This document shows, one piece after another, positions 43,874 to 53,357 of a DNA stretch of 64,000 bases. The DNA lies in NCBI GenBank assembly GCA_003695705.1, contig RFHU01000219.1, positions 15,825 through 79,824 of the forward strand, read 5' to 3'. Numbering within the stretch: position 1 is the stretch's first letter; every line of letters begins with the position of its first letter. Source of the stretch: Planctomycetota bacterium (lineage in GTDB: Bacteria; Planctomycetota; J058). The position numbers and the translations under genes are program-made. Under the pieces are notes generated by a model that saw only the letters and a program-made list of their open reading frames with translations, ran no database searches and was not told where the DNA came from.

Positions 43874-45079
43874 GTGAAGGACATCGAGGACGAGACCCCC
43901 ACCGCGGAGTTCGACGCCCCACTCCCGCCACATGCAGCGCTCGAGCGAGCGAGGGGTCCGTTTCCCTGCGATCCGGAAGCCGACACGGTCCCCATTCCTC
44001 CTCCCACCGCAGGGCCCCTGACCACCGAGGCCTTTTCCGCCGTCCTCCCCGTCCCTGGGCGGGAGACCACCCTTCGCGGGGGGGCGTCCGCCGACGAGGC
44101 TACGCGCGAGTTCGGAAGCCTCCTCCCCCTGCCTGCGCGCGTCCCCCGACGCCGTCCGCCCCGGCCCCTCGAACCGGGGCAGGCCGTAGGCGATTTCGTC
44201 CTCGAACGCCCGCTGTCAGCGGACGAAGCCTGGGAGGTCTTCGCGGCCCGCCACCCGCGTTACGGCGCGTGCAGGCTCTCCGTCGCTACGCCGCGCGCCA
44301 CGGCCCACCTGCAGAGCGCTCTCCTCGACGCGCGCCTGAGGACCGCACTCGAGCACCCTGCTTTGCCGCGGGTGCTCGGTCTGGGTGCGCTGCCGCGCCC
44401 ATGGATCGCCGAACCCCTCTGCGAAGGGCGCAGCCTCGCGGACCGTCTCCGTCGGGGGCCTCCGCTCGCGCGGGAGGACCTCGCCGAGTGGGTCGCCAGG
44501 GCGGCCCTCGCCCTCGACCACGCCCACCAGCGCCGGGTGGTTCACGGGGACTTGCGACCCGAGGACCTCCTCGAGGGGAGCATCGTGGTGACCGGCTTTG
44601 GGCGCGGCGCCGTCTTCGACGGCGAAGGTCGACGCTTGCTCTTCCCGTCCGGTCCGTCGGCGGGGGACGCTCGCTACGCACCGCCCGAGCGCTGCCGGGG
44701 CGGCAGGCAGACCCCGCGCGGAGACATCTACGCGCTCGGGGCACTGCTCTACGAAGGCGTGACCGGCCGCGCTCCCTTCCGCGGGCGACCTCCGGAGGTC
44801 CTCCGCGGGGTCTTGGACCGGCAGGCCGTGCGGCCCGCCCTGCCGGCGGACGGACTGGAGGGACGCCTCCTCGCCGTTGCTCTGCGCGCGCTGTCCAAGA
44901 ACCCGAGCCAGCGGCACGCGACGGCGGCGCTCTTCGCGGAGGAGATCCGCGCCGCCGTTCGAGGGGCTCGGGACGGCGAAGAGCCGCAGAGGGCTCGAGC
45001 GCACTGGCCGGTGCTCCTCCTCCTTTGCCTGGCGACCGCCGCAACCGCCGCGGCGGGGGTGTGGCTGAGCCTGCCCTGA
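43874..45079 (+). CDS. Ser/Thr protein-kinase-like protein, predicted pseudokinase, with a C-terminal TM helix; start uncertain
   Basis: The kinase fold is recognisable (HGDLRPEDLL, APE-like YAPPE, DIYALGALLYEGVTGRAPF). The DFG position reads GFG and no clear VAIK Lys is seen. An alternative in-frame ATG at 43814 would overlap the divergent yhbY start. Confidence 0.5.
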   Translation: MKDIEDETPTAEFDAPLPPHAALERARGPFPCDPEADTVPIPPPTAGPLTTEAFSAVLPVPGRETTLRGGASADEATREFGSLLPLPARVPRRRPPRPLEPGQAVGDFVLERPLSADEAWEVFAARHPRYGACRLSVATPRATAHLQSALLDARLRTALEHPALPRVLGLGALPRPWIAEPLCEGRSLADRLRRGPPLAREDLAEWVARAALALDHAHQRRVVHGDLRPEDLLEGSIVVTGFGRGAVFDGEGRRLLFPSGPSAGDARYAPPERCRGGRQTPRGDIYALGALLYEGVTGRAPFRGRPPEVLRGVLDRQAVRPALPADGLEGRLLAVALRALSKNPSQRHATAALFAEEIRAAVRGARDGEEPQRARAHWPVLLLLCLATAATAAAGVWLSLP

Positions 45080-45207
45080 TTCGCACGGGTTCTGGGTCTT
45101 GCACCACCCCGCACGGCCCCGACGGCGGGCGCCGGGGAGGACGCACGCTCGGCGCGGCGCGGCGCGATGCCCATCGCTCGGTTCGAGCGCTCGGCGAGCG
45201 AGCGCGA

Positions 45208-46854
45208 TCAAGCGCCCGGGGGAGGGATCTGCCAAATCCCCGAGTCCGCGCTGCTGCCGCCCATTTCGCTGATTTCACGCTCGCACACCGAGCGGAGATC
45301 CTTGGAGGGGATCTTCAGTCCCTGGGTCATGACCATGAGCCCGGCGGGGTCGAGGCTGCGCAAGGTGCGCAGCAAGCTGCGCAGTTCGCGGCACGCTTCC
45401 GCGGTCGCGCCCCTGCCGCGCAGGGTCTGGGCCAGGTCGTAGCGCGCGGACACGAAGTCCGGCTCCAGGTAGAGAGCCCGGCGCAGGCTGGCCTCGGCGC
45501 GCTCGAACTCGCCCTGGCGTAGGTGCAGGCCCCCGAGGAGGGCGTGCGCTTTGTAGGAGAGCGGCTCCACCTCGGTGGCGACGGTCAATTCCTCGAGGGC
45601 CGCCGCGGCGTCGCCCCGCTCCAGATAGACCTCCGCCAGGAGCACGCGCGGCTTCGCCCAGCGCGGCGCTTGCGCGCACGCGCTGCGCAGGGCGCGCGCT
45701 GCGCCTTCGAGGTCGCCGACCTGGCGCGCCCGCTCGGCCTTGAGGACCTGCTCCCGGGGCAGGCGCACCCCTCCCCAGCGATGGGTCTCCGAACTGAGGG
45801 TCTTTTGGGAAAGCAACGCTCGGGAGAGCCTGCGGGTCGCGGGACCCGAGGTGGGGACACCGCCGCCTCGGCGAGCAGGGGCGTTTGGGGCGCTGGAGTT
45901 CGACTTCCTGGGGAGGAGCGCGCGCGACACCTTCTTGGTTTCTTCCTCGGGACTCAGGCCGTCGGCGGGGGAGGGGACCCGCGGCGCCGGCGGGGGAACC
46001 GCGCTGCGAAGCGGCCGGAGGCGCGGGTCCGCTCGGCGGCGGTAATAGAAGGTGTCTCCCCAGAACACGACTTCGAAGGCGTCGTGCAGGCCGGTGATGA
46101 CCTCCGCGTGGCCGAGGAAGAGGGCGCCACCAGGGGCCAGCACGCGGGCAAAGCGCTGCACGATTTCTTGGGCCTGCTCCGCCTCGAAGTAGATGAACAC
46201 GTTGCGGCAGAAGAGGACGTCCCACTGCCCTACCGCAGAGCGGGGCAGTGGATCGTGGACGAGGTTGTGTTCGGAGAACTCCACCATTTCCCGCACCTCC
46301 TCGCATACCCGTCCCCGTCCTCCTTCGTTTCGTACGAAGCGCCGGTACTCGGGAGGGATGCCCACTAGGTTGGCCTCCGGATAGGAGGCTTCTCGAGCCG
46401 TGGCGAGGGCCTCGCGGACGATGTCCGTAGCGAGGACGTAGCACGGTCGCCCGCTCCGCTCGAAGGTTGCCCGGCAGACCATGGCCATGGTGTAGGGTTC
46501 TTCGCCGGTGGCGCACCCGGCGCTCCAAAGCGCGAGGGGGGCGTCGCGCGGCCGCTCCCGGTCCAGTCGCGGGAGGACCTCGTCCGCCAGCGCCTGGTAG
46601 CTGTTCGGATTGCGGAAGAAGCTGGTCTTGCGAACCGTCAGCAGACTGAAGATGTCCTCGAGTTCGGTGCGTCCCAGACGATCCGACTCCAGGTAGTGCA
46701 GGTAGCTGCGCACGCTCGAAAAGCCGCGCCCTTCGAGGCGTGCGAAGAAGCGTGGGGCGAGGAAGCGCCAGCGTCCTTCGGGGATCGCGAAGCCCGTCCT
46801 GCGCTGGAGGAAGTCTCGGAACAGCCGCTCCTCGTCCTCCGTGGGCCGGTTCAC
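45208..46854 (-). CDS. cheR: Chemotaxis protein methyltransferase CheR with C-terminal TPR repeats (FrzF-like architecture)
   Basis: The GTG overlaps the cheB stop (GTGA). CheR blocks are TSFFRNP and LALWSAGCATGEEPYTMAM. The C-terminus has 3-4 TPR-like repeats. Confidence 0.8.
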   Translation of the reverse strand: MNRPTEDEERLFRDFLQRRTGFAIPEGRWRFLAPRFFARLEGRGFSSVRSYLHYLESDRLGRTELEDIFSLLTVRKTSFFRNPNSYQALADEVLPRLDRERPRDAPLALWSAGCATGEEPYTMAMVCRATFERSGRPCYVLATDIVREALATAREASYPEANLVGIPPEYRRFVRNEGGRGRVCEEVREMVEFSEHNLVHDPLPRSAVGQWDVLFCRNVFIYFEAEQAQEIVQRFARVLAPGGALFLGHAEVITGLHDAFEVVFWGDTFYYRRRADPRLRPLRSAVPPPAPRVPSPADGLSPEEETKKVSRALLPRKSNSSAPNAPARRGGGVPTSGPATRRLSRALLSQKTLSSETHRWGGVRLPREQVLKAERARQVGDLEGAARALRSACAQAPRWAKPRVLLAEVYLERGDAAAALEELTVATEVEPLSYKAHALLGGLHLRQGEFERAEASLRRALYLEPDFVSARYDLAQTLRGRGATAEACRELRSLLRTLRSLDPAGLMVMTQGLKIPSKDLRSVCEREISEMGGSSADSGIWQIPPPGA

Positions 46855-47903
46855 GCGCCGACCATTTCGCTGAGGGCCGCCGCGATGTCTCCGAGTGGCA
46901 AGACGCGTGCTGCGCCACCACGCCGAGCGGCTTCGCGCGGCATGCCGTAGATCACGGAGCTCCCTTCGTCCTGCGCGATGGTTCGCCCCCCGGCCTGGCG
47001 GAGCGCGCACAGACCGGCAGCGCCGTCGTCCCCCATGCCGGTGAGCACCACCCCAATGCCTCGCGCTCCGTAATGCTGCGCGAGGCTGGAGAGGAGGCGG
47101 TCCCCGCTCGGGCAGTGACCTCCGCGGGGCACCGGGGCGGTGTAGAGGTGGAGGCAGCGCCGTTCGGTGAGTTCCGCGTAGCGACCGGGAGGGCACAGAT
47201 AGGCCGCCCCTTCGAAGAGCTCTTGGTCGTCGCCGGCCAAGGTCACGGGCAGCGGGCAGTGCTCGTCCAGCCAGCGGACGAGACCTTCCGCAAAGGCGTC
47301 GTCGAGGTGCTGGACGACGACCACGGCAGCCCGGAAGCCTGCGGGCAAGTTGCCGAGCACTTCTTGAAGTGCGCGGGGGCCTCCCGTGGAAGCGACGATC
47401 CCCACGACGCGACGCGCACGTCGGAAATAGGCCGTGGACCTCCTCCGCCGGCTGCGGTCGGCGAGGCGGTTCAGCCCCGTGCCCGGGTGGGCGATGACCG
47501 GCACACCGGCGAGCAACACCAACCGTCGGACGAGTTCTTCCCCGGCCTCTCCTTCCAGCCGTCCGAGGTCGGGCTTGGGGATGAGGTCCAGTGCGCCCGC
47601 GGCGAGGGCCTCCATGCCGAGGCCCACCTCCGAGTCCAGGTTGTCGGCTGCGCTCATGAGGAGGATCGGGGTGGGGCGTCGCTCCATGATCCGGCGCGTC
47701 GCCTCCAAACCGTCCATGCGCGGCATGCGCAGGTCCATGAGGACCACGTCGGGCGCGAGGTCCTCGACGAGCCGCACGGCTTCCTCGCCGTCGGAGGCCT
47801 GCCCCACCACCACGAGTTCCGGACGCCCACCCAAGCAGCGGGCGAACAGCTGGCGCTGGGTCTGGCTGTCCTCCGCAACGAGGACGCGCTTGCGTGCGCT
47901 CAT
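46851..47903 (-). CDS. cheB: Chemotaxis response regulator protein-glutamate methylesterase CheB (REC + methylesterase)
   Basis: The REC domain is RVLVAEDSQ...DVVLMDLRMPRMDG. The methylesterase blocks are IVASTGGPRAL and GMGDDGAAG. The ATG overlaps the cheA stop (ATGA). Confidence 0.85.
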   Translation of the reverse strand: MSARKRVLVAEDSQTQRQLFARCLGGRPELVVVGQASDGEEAVRLVEDLAPDVVLMDLRMPRMDGLEATRRIMERRPTPILLMSAADNLDSEVGLGMEALAAGALDLIPKPDLGRLEGEAGEELVRRLVLLAGVPVIAHPGTGLNRLADRSRRRRSTAYFRRARRVVGIVASTGGPRALQEVLGNLPAGFRAAVVVVQHLDDAFAEGLVRWLDEHCPLPVTLAGDDQELFEGAAYLCPPGRYAELTERRCLHLYTAPVPRGGHCPSGDRLLSSLAQHYGARGIGVVLTGMGDDGAAGLCALRQAGGRTIAQDEGSSVIYGMPREAARRGGAARVLPLGDIAAALSEMVGA

Positions 47904-50173
47904 AGCATCCGCTCGATCACGCTGCGGAAGGACTCCTGGTTGAACTCCGCCTTGGTGATGTAGGCGTCCGCGCCGGCCCGGAGACCCGCGTGCCGGTCCT
48001 GCTCGGCGCCCCGGTTGGAGAAGATGATGACCGGGAGATCGCGCAGGCGCTCGTCGCGGCGAATTCGTCGCACCAAGGCCAGCCCGTCGAGGCGTGGCAT
48101 CTCCACGTCGGTCACGACCAGTTGCGGGCGAATCCGCTCCAGCAGGCTCCAGGCCTCGACGCCGTCGACGGCCGTCACCGGATCGAATCCGAGCGAAGCA
48201 ACGGTCCGCGCGACGAGCTGCCGCGAAACGATGCTGTCGTCCACGATCAGAATGCTTCGCGACCCTTCCAGGAGCTTCTCCTTCTCTCTGCCGGTCGGGT
48301 CCGGGCCGCGCATGCCGACGAAGAGCTGCGGGACGTGGAGTTGCAGGGCCACCTCTCCGTCGGGCATGAGCACCGCGCCTGCGATCCACGGCAAGCGCTC
48401 CAGTGGCCACCCCAAGGGCTTGACGACGACCGACCGCTCCTCGATCACCTCGTCGACCACCAGGGCCAACCGCTCCCCTGCGTGGCGCACCACGACGACC
48501 TGCAGGAAGTCTGGCGGAGGGAGCTTTGCTTGTCCAAGGACGGTCGCGAGTTCCGCGAGGGGTATGCTCGTCCGCCCGCGCACCAGGGCAGGCTTTCCGG
48601 CGAAGCGAGCAACACCTTCCCGAGGGGAACGCAGTGACTCTTCAACGGCCTCCGTCGGGATGGCGAACAGCTGTCCCCCCGAGCGCAGGAGGGTCACCCG
48701 CGACACGAGCAGCGTCAGGGGCAGACGAAGCAGCACGCAGGTGCCCTGCCCCGTTTCGCTCGTCACGCGCACCTCGCCCTTCAGTTCCTCGACGGCGGAG
48801 CGGATGGCGTTCATGCCTACCCCGCGTCCGGAGATTTGCGTGGCGACATCGCGTGTGGTCAGTCCGGCGGCGAAGACGAGCTGCAGAGCGGACTCGTCGT
48901 CGAGCGCTGCCGCTTCGGCTTCTTCGATGATCCCGCGTTGCACGGCCGTTTCTCGCATGCGTCGTGGATCGATGCCGGCTCCGTCGTCCTCGATGCGGAT
49001 GACGACCCGGTTCCCCTCCTGTCCCGCGCTGACGGTCAGCTGCCCCTCCGGTGGCTTCCCGGCGGCGACGCGCTGCTCGGGACTCTCGATTCCGTGGTCG
49101 ATCGCGTTCCGCAGCACGTGCGACAGAGGGGACTTGAGGCTGTCGAGGATCCCGCGGTCGAGTTCCGTTTCTTCCCCCCGGAGGCGGACCCTGACCCGCT
49201 TGCCGAGCCTGCGAGCCAGCTCGCGCGCCTCGCGCGGGATTCGGTCGAAGAGGTAGGAGGCGGGTCGCAGCCGAACGTCCACCGCCAAGCGCTCGAGCGC
49301 CTTGGTGGATGTGTGGATGTCCAACAAGTCGGCCCGGTAGTCTTGGACGGCCCTCCCCAAGGCGCTCAAGATCAGGCCGGGGTCCGCTCCCTCCTCCAGG
49401 CTGCGGCTGATCTCACGCAGCCGGAAGGCATGCGCGTGGAGGCGCTGGCGCGAGAGCGCCAACTCGCTGACGATGCCGTCCAGGTCGGCCAGACGCGATG
49501 CGCGAACGCGCACCGTCTCGTCCTCCGGGCGCGCTCCGCGCACGGCGCCGACGGGTGCATGCTCGGGGAGGGCAACCCCGTCTCCCCCGTCCCTTGGCTC
49601 CGTCCCCATTTCCGTCGGAGGGACCTGCGCAGCGCTCCTCGTCTCCTCCGGGCCCCCCTCGCCCGTCTTCGGGGCCTCCGGGCCTTCCGGCGCTCTTCCA
49701 GACTCCGTGGCGCCGCTGCGCGTTGCGGAGTCCGACGAGGCCTTCGCCGACGGCGCGTCCTCCTTCCCCGAGAGCGCGGCTTCGCGGAGGGCCGCGAGGG
49801 TCTGTGCAACCCGCACCCTCAGAGTTTCGTCGCCAACGTCCTCCCCATCGCTCGCCGCGCGTTCCACCAGCGCGGCGAGGCGGTCGGTGGCCTCCACGAG
49901 AAGTTCGAGTTCGAGTTCGCGACGCCCTCGCTGGACCCGGGCCAGGCTCTCGATGTCGTGGACGAGGGCGGCGAGCTCCTGGAAACCGAGCAGCCGGGCC
50001 GATCCCTTGATCGTGTGCAGCTCGCGGTCGACTTCGTCCAGGCGTTCGCTTTGCTCCGCCTCGGGAAGGCCTCCGGCCAGGTCTTGGAGAGCGCGCGAAA
50101 CGGCGACGAGCCGCTCCAGAGACTCTTCCTGGAAGATTTCGAGGAACTCTTGGAACTCCTCGTCGCGCTCCAT
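47900..50173 (-). CDS. cheA: Hybrid histidine kinase CheA with a C-terminal CheY-like receiver
   Basis: The HPt domain is at the N-terminus (LHTIKGSARLLG). The HATPase_c and CheW-like domains follow. The C-terminal receiver is ILIVDDSIV...VTDVEMPRLDG...KAEF. Confidence 0.85.
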   Translation of the reverse strand: MERDEEFQEFLEIFQEESLERLVAVSRALQDLAGGLPEAEQSERLDEVDRELHTIKGSARLLGFQELAALVHDIESLARVQRGRRELELELLVEATDRLAALVERAASDGEDVGDETLRVRVAQTLAALREAALSGKEDAPSAKASSDSATRSGATESGRAPEGPEAPKTGEGGPEETRSAAQVPPTEMGTEPRDGGDGVALPEHAPVGAVRGARPEDETVRVRASRLADLDGIVSELALSRQRLHAHAFRLREISRSLEEGADPGLILSALGRAVQDYRADLLDIHTSTKALERLAVDVRLRPASYLFDRIPREARELARRLGKRVRVRLRGEETELDRGILDSLKSPLSHVLRNAIDHGIESPEQRVAAGKPPEGQLTVSAGQEGNRVVIRIEDDGAGIDPRRMRETAVQRGIIEEAEAAALDDESALQLVFAAGLTTRDVATQISGRGVGMNAIRSAVEELKGEVRVTSETGQGTCVLLRLPLTLLVSRVTLLRSGGQLFAIPTEAVEESLRSPREGVARFAGKPALVRGRTSIPLAELATVLGQAKLPPPDFLQVVVVRHAGERLALVVDEVIEERSVVVKPLGWPLERLPWIAGAVLMPDGEVALQLHVPQLFVGMRGPDPTGREKEKLLEGSRSILIVDDSIVSRQLVARTVASLGFDPVTAVDGVEAWSLLERIRPQLVVTDVEMPRLDGLALVRRIRRDERLRDLPVIIFSNRGAEQDRHAGLRAGADAYITKAEFNQESFRSVIERML

Positions 50174-50175
50174 CC

Positions 50176-50544
50176 TCAGCCCTCGTAACCCGCCGCCAAC
50201 GCGAGCGCGCGTGGATCCAGCAAGAAGCCGAGGCCATCGGCCAGTTCGACGACCCCTCGAAGCGAGGTCCGCTCCGCCAGCGGGCGGAGCAAGGACGGAA
50301 TCGGATGCACCCGCCGCACTTCGCCGTGCACGAGCTCGCGGACGCGATCGACGAGCAGTCGGTAGACGGCGTACTTTCCGAGTACGAGCAACGACTCGCC
50401 CTCGCCGCTGGCTTTCTCTCCGAGCCACACCCGCAAATCAATGGGTCCGAGAATGGCGTCGTGCTCGACGCGGCTCTGTCCCTCCACGCTCAACAGCGTG
50501 CGCAGGTCGAACACCACCCTGTATCGCCCCACCTCGACGCGCAT
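50176..50544 (-). CDS. cheW: CheW-like coupling protein (start ambiguous; alternative GTG at 50586)
   Basis: CheW-like blocks are YRVVFDLRTLLSVEG and LRGVVELADGLGFLLD. Confidence 0.65.
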   Translation of the reverse strand: MRVEVGRYRVVFDLRTLLSVEGQSRVEHDAILGPIDLRVWLGEKASGEGESLLVLGKYAVYRLLVDRVRELVHGEVRRVHPIPSLLRPLAERTSLRGVVELADGLGFLLDPRALALAAGYEG

Positions 50545-50572
50545 CAGCGCGACCTCGCGACCGGGCGCCGCC

Positions 50573-51115
50573 TCACCCGCACTCACGCACCAACAACTCC
50601 TCGAGCCGCGCGAAGAGGCGAGGCACGTCGAGGACTCCCACGAGCGTGCCCTCGCGCTCGATGGCACGCGCGTAGATCCCCCCGTGGCGCTCGGCGGGCA
50701 CGAAGGTCTCTCCCGCTGAGACGCGCTCGAAATCGGGCAAGGAGTCGCTCAACACCGCGACGTCGCGCCTTCCTTCGCCGAGCACCAGTAGGCTCCGCGC
50801 CTCCCTGGTCGACGCTTCGCCGTCTCCCTCCTCGAGGAGCGCGGGGAGATCGATGATGCACACCACCCCGCCCCTCAGGCTGGCGATCCCCCGCACCCAA
50901 CTCGGCGCACGCGGGACCGGCGTCACCGGAGGCACCCGCTCCGTTCGGACGACGTTTTCGATGGGGACAGCGAAGGGCTTGCCTCCGCAGAGGAAGCGGA
51001 TGATCTGGAACTCCGCGCCCCGCACCGCCGCACCCGCATCCGCCGCGCGGGCCTCCTCGCCCTCGCGAAGGAGCTCGTCGAGGGGCGCGTCCGTCCGTTC
51101 GTCGTCCGCGGTCAC
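50573..51115 (-). CDS. cheW: CheW-like coupling protein (second copy)
   Basis: CheW-like blocks are FQIIRFLCGGKPFAVPIENV and IASLRGGVVCIIDLPALL. Confidence 0.7.
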   Translation of the reverse strand: MTADDERTDAPLDELLREGEEARAADAGAAVRGAEFQIIRFLCGGKPFAVPIENVVRTERVPPVTPVPRAPSWVRGIASLRGGVVCIIDLPALLEEGDGEASTREARSLLVLGEGRRDVAVLSDSLPDFERVSAGETFVPAERHGGIYARAIEREGTLVGVLDVPRLFARLEELLVRECG

Positions 51116-51121
51116 GGCGGC

Positions 51122-52606
51122 CTACGCTCCCGACCGCTGGGTCGCTGCGTCGGTCTTGAAGGTCTCGAGGACACCCTTGAGGTCTTGCGCCAAGACGGCG
51201 AGTTCGCTCGACAGCTCGGTCACCTGCTTGGCTCCGCTGGCGACCTCCTCGGAGGCCCCCGCGACCTCGCGAACGGTCGCTGCGACCTGGGTGCTGGCGC
51301 TCCGCTGCTGGTTGGTGGCGAGCTCGATCTGTCGCGCCGCGTCGGTGGAGCGTTTCGTGACGCCGGTAATGGTCACCAGGCTCTCTTGAGCACGCCGTGC
51401 CAGCTCGCGACCGTGTTCGGCGCGCTTTACGCCCTCCTCGGAAGCGAGGACGGCTGCGTTGATCTCCGTCTGGATTTCGGCGATGAGCCCCTCGATGTTT
51501 GCGGTGGACTCCACGACGTGGTTCGCCAGGTTGCGCACCTCCTCGGCGACGACGGCGAAGCCGCGGCCCGCCTCTCCTGCGCGAGCCGCTTCGATGGCGG
51601 CGTTGAGCGCGAGGAACTTCGACTGCTCGGCGATGCCCGTGATCAGGTCGGCGACCTTTCCGATGGAGCGCGACTTCTCGCCAAGCTCGAGGAGGCGCTG
51701 CGCGCCCATTTGGGTGGCGACGACGATGTCGTCCATCCCTTCGCCCACGTCGACGACCGCCTGGTTCCCGACCTCCGCGCTCTTCAGCGCCTGTTCCGCG
51801 TGGCTGACCACGTTCTTGGCGATGTCGGCGATGTGTCCCGAGGAGGCGGCGAGCTCCTCCATGGTGGCCATGGTCTCGGTGATCGCCGCGGCCTGCTGCG
51901 TCGCCGAGGCAGCCTGGTCTCGAGATGCGTTCTGGAGATGGCGCGAGGAGGAGTCGATCTTGGTGTTGGCCGTATGGAGCTGGTCGAAGAGGAGGCGCAG
52001 CTTCTCGGTCATCCCGTAGAAGGCCGATCCGAGGTTCCCCGTGCGCAGCCGCGGATCGTCGGGGATCGACAGGTCGCCCTGAGCGATGCGGTTCACGCGC
52101 ACCGACAGGTCTCGGAGCATGTGGATCATCTGCCCGAAGGCTTCGGCCAGGTCGCCGCGTAGGTCCTGGTCGTCGAAGCAGGAATTCCACAGGTCGTCCG
52201 CCGCGATGGCCCGCGCCTGGCCAGCAAGGCTCTCTTGGCTGCTCAGCAGCTCGTTGAGCCCGATGAGCAGTTCGTGCACCTCGTTCCCTTGTCCCGCCAT
52301 CTCTTGCCCGAGGGTGAGGCGGTCCATGGCGGTGCGGGCCTTGGCCAGGTCGCCGTCGCGGGCCAGATCGCTGGCCAGGCTCGCGAGGCGGTTCACCGGC
52401 TCGACCACCGAGACCCGCACGATCCAGAGCACGGGCAGTAGGTTGAGGACGACCAGTACCGTCGCCGCCACGATCCACGAGGTGGTGCCGCTCAACCAGC
52501 CGCTCGAGCCGAGGGTCGTGAGCACGGACACGCTGAGCAGCAATCCGCTGAGCACGACGATCAAGATCTGCCCCTGGAGCCCCAGGGTCCTCCACCAGTG
52601 CTTCAA
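51122..52606 (-). CDS. Methyl-accepting chemotaxis protein (two TM helices, no large periplasmic domain, HAMP + MA signalling domain)
   Basis: GGAGGAG precedes a TTG start. The MCP signalling-domain block is [32 protein letters not shown]. The start coordinate follows the track frame. Confidence 0.8.
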   Translation of the reverse strand: MKHWWRTLGLQGQILIVVLSGLLLSVSVLTTLGSSGWLSGTTSWIVAATVLVVLNLLPVLWIVRVSVVEPVNRLASLASDLARDGDLAKARTAMDRLTLGQEMAGQGNEVHELLIGLNELLSSQESLAGQARAIAADDLWNSCFDDQDLRGDLAEAFGQMIHMLRDLSVRVNRIAQGDLSIPDDPRLRTGNLGSAFYGMTEKLRLLFDQLHTANTKIDSSSRHLQNASRDQAASATQQAAAITETMATMEELAASSGHIADIAKNVVSHAEQALKSAEVGNQAVVDVGEGMDDIVVATQMGAQRLLELGEKSRSIGKVADLITGIAEQSKFLALNAAIEAARAGEAGRGFAVVAEEVRNLANHVVESTANIEGLIAEIQTEINAAVLASEEGVKRAEHGRELARRAQESLVTITGVTKRSTDAARQIELATNQQRSASTQVAATVREVAGASEEVASGAKQVTELSSELAVLAQDLKGVLETFKTDAATQRSGA

Positions 52607-52608
52607 GC

Positions 52609-53355
52609 CTACTCCTCCGCCGGGTGGTGGCCGCCGGGGTCCACCTTCACCTGCAAGCTCGCGAGCATCCGCTGGATGCGGGTCTCGATGCGGTTCACGC
52701 CGATCACGTTCTCCAAGACGACCGACCGGTTGCTCCCGTGGGGGTGGAGTACGATCCTCCCAGCACCGCCCAGGGGGAGGAAGAGGGAATACTCGAACAG
52801 GTCGGTGATCTCCTTGGTCAGGCGCAGGTTCGGCGCGGGGAAGCGTTCGAGATCGCCCAGGAGTCCGCGGTGGTGAAGGATCTCGTTGTGCGAGATCTCC
52901 CAGTAGTCGAAGAAGCCTGCGCACCACACGCCACAGAGGACGAGGCCGAGCGCGGCCGCGAGGAGGAAGTAGAAGTGCGGGTGGGCTCGCAGTTGGATGG
53001 TCGCCAGCGCCTGTCGGAAGGGTGCCACGAACCCGAATCGCTCGTCGAGGAGGACGACCGAAACCGAGATGAAGGCGAAGAAGAGGACAAGCGCGACGAA
53101 TTCCCCCCGGGTGAAGTCGAATCCGAGACCCACGAGGTTGATGGCGAAGCACCACCAGAAGATGCGCCCTGGGGTGAGGCTCACCTCTTCGAGGCTCGCG
53201 CCCGCCTGCATGCTCGCCAGAGTCCAGAAACCGGCCAACAGGGCGACCAGGAAGGTCGGGTAGAGAAAGACGACCTTCGGGCGCGAACGAATGAGCACGC
53301 TTCGACATTCTGCCGCAGGGAGTCGAGAAGCCGCAGGCGAGGAATCGCTGGGCAT
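52609..53355 (-). CDS. Hypothetical polytopic membrane protein at the head of the che cluster
   Basis: It is about 249 aa with 4-5 hydrophobic helices. No family was recognised. The start was trimmed to an internal ATG. Confidence 0.35.
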   Translation of the reverse strand: MPSDSSPAASRLPAAECRSVLIRSRPKVVFLYPTFLVALLAGFWTLASMQAGASLEEVSLTPGRIFWWCFAINLVGLGFDFTRGEFVALVLFFAFISVSVVLLDERFGFVAPFRQALATIQLRAHPHFYFLLAAALGLVLCGVWCAGFFDYWEISHNEILHHRGLLGDLERFPAPNLRLTKEITDLFEYSLFLPLGGAGRIVLHPHGSNRSVVLENVIGVNRIETRIQRMLASLQVKVDPGGHHPAEE

Positions 53356-53357
53356 CC

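Noticed and set aside
50586-50586. Alternative GTG start for the first cheW, which would overlap the second cheW by 14 nt
   Set aside because: The ATG at 50544 gives a non-overlapping gene with a GAGG 6 nt upstream. Both remain possible, and the protein core is unaffected.
52598-52876. Small plus-strand ORFs antisense to the MCP / membrane-protein junction
   Set aside because: They lie entirely within well-supported minus-strand genes and have no features of their own.
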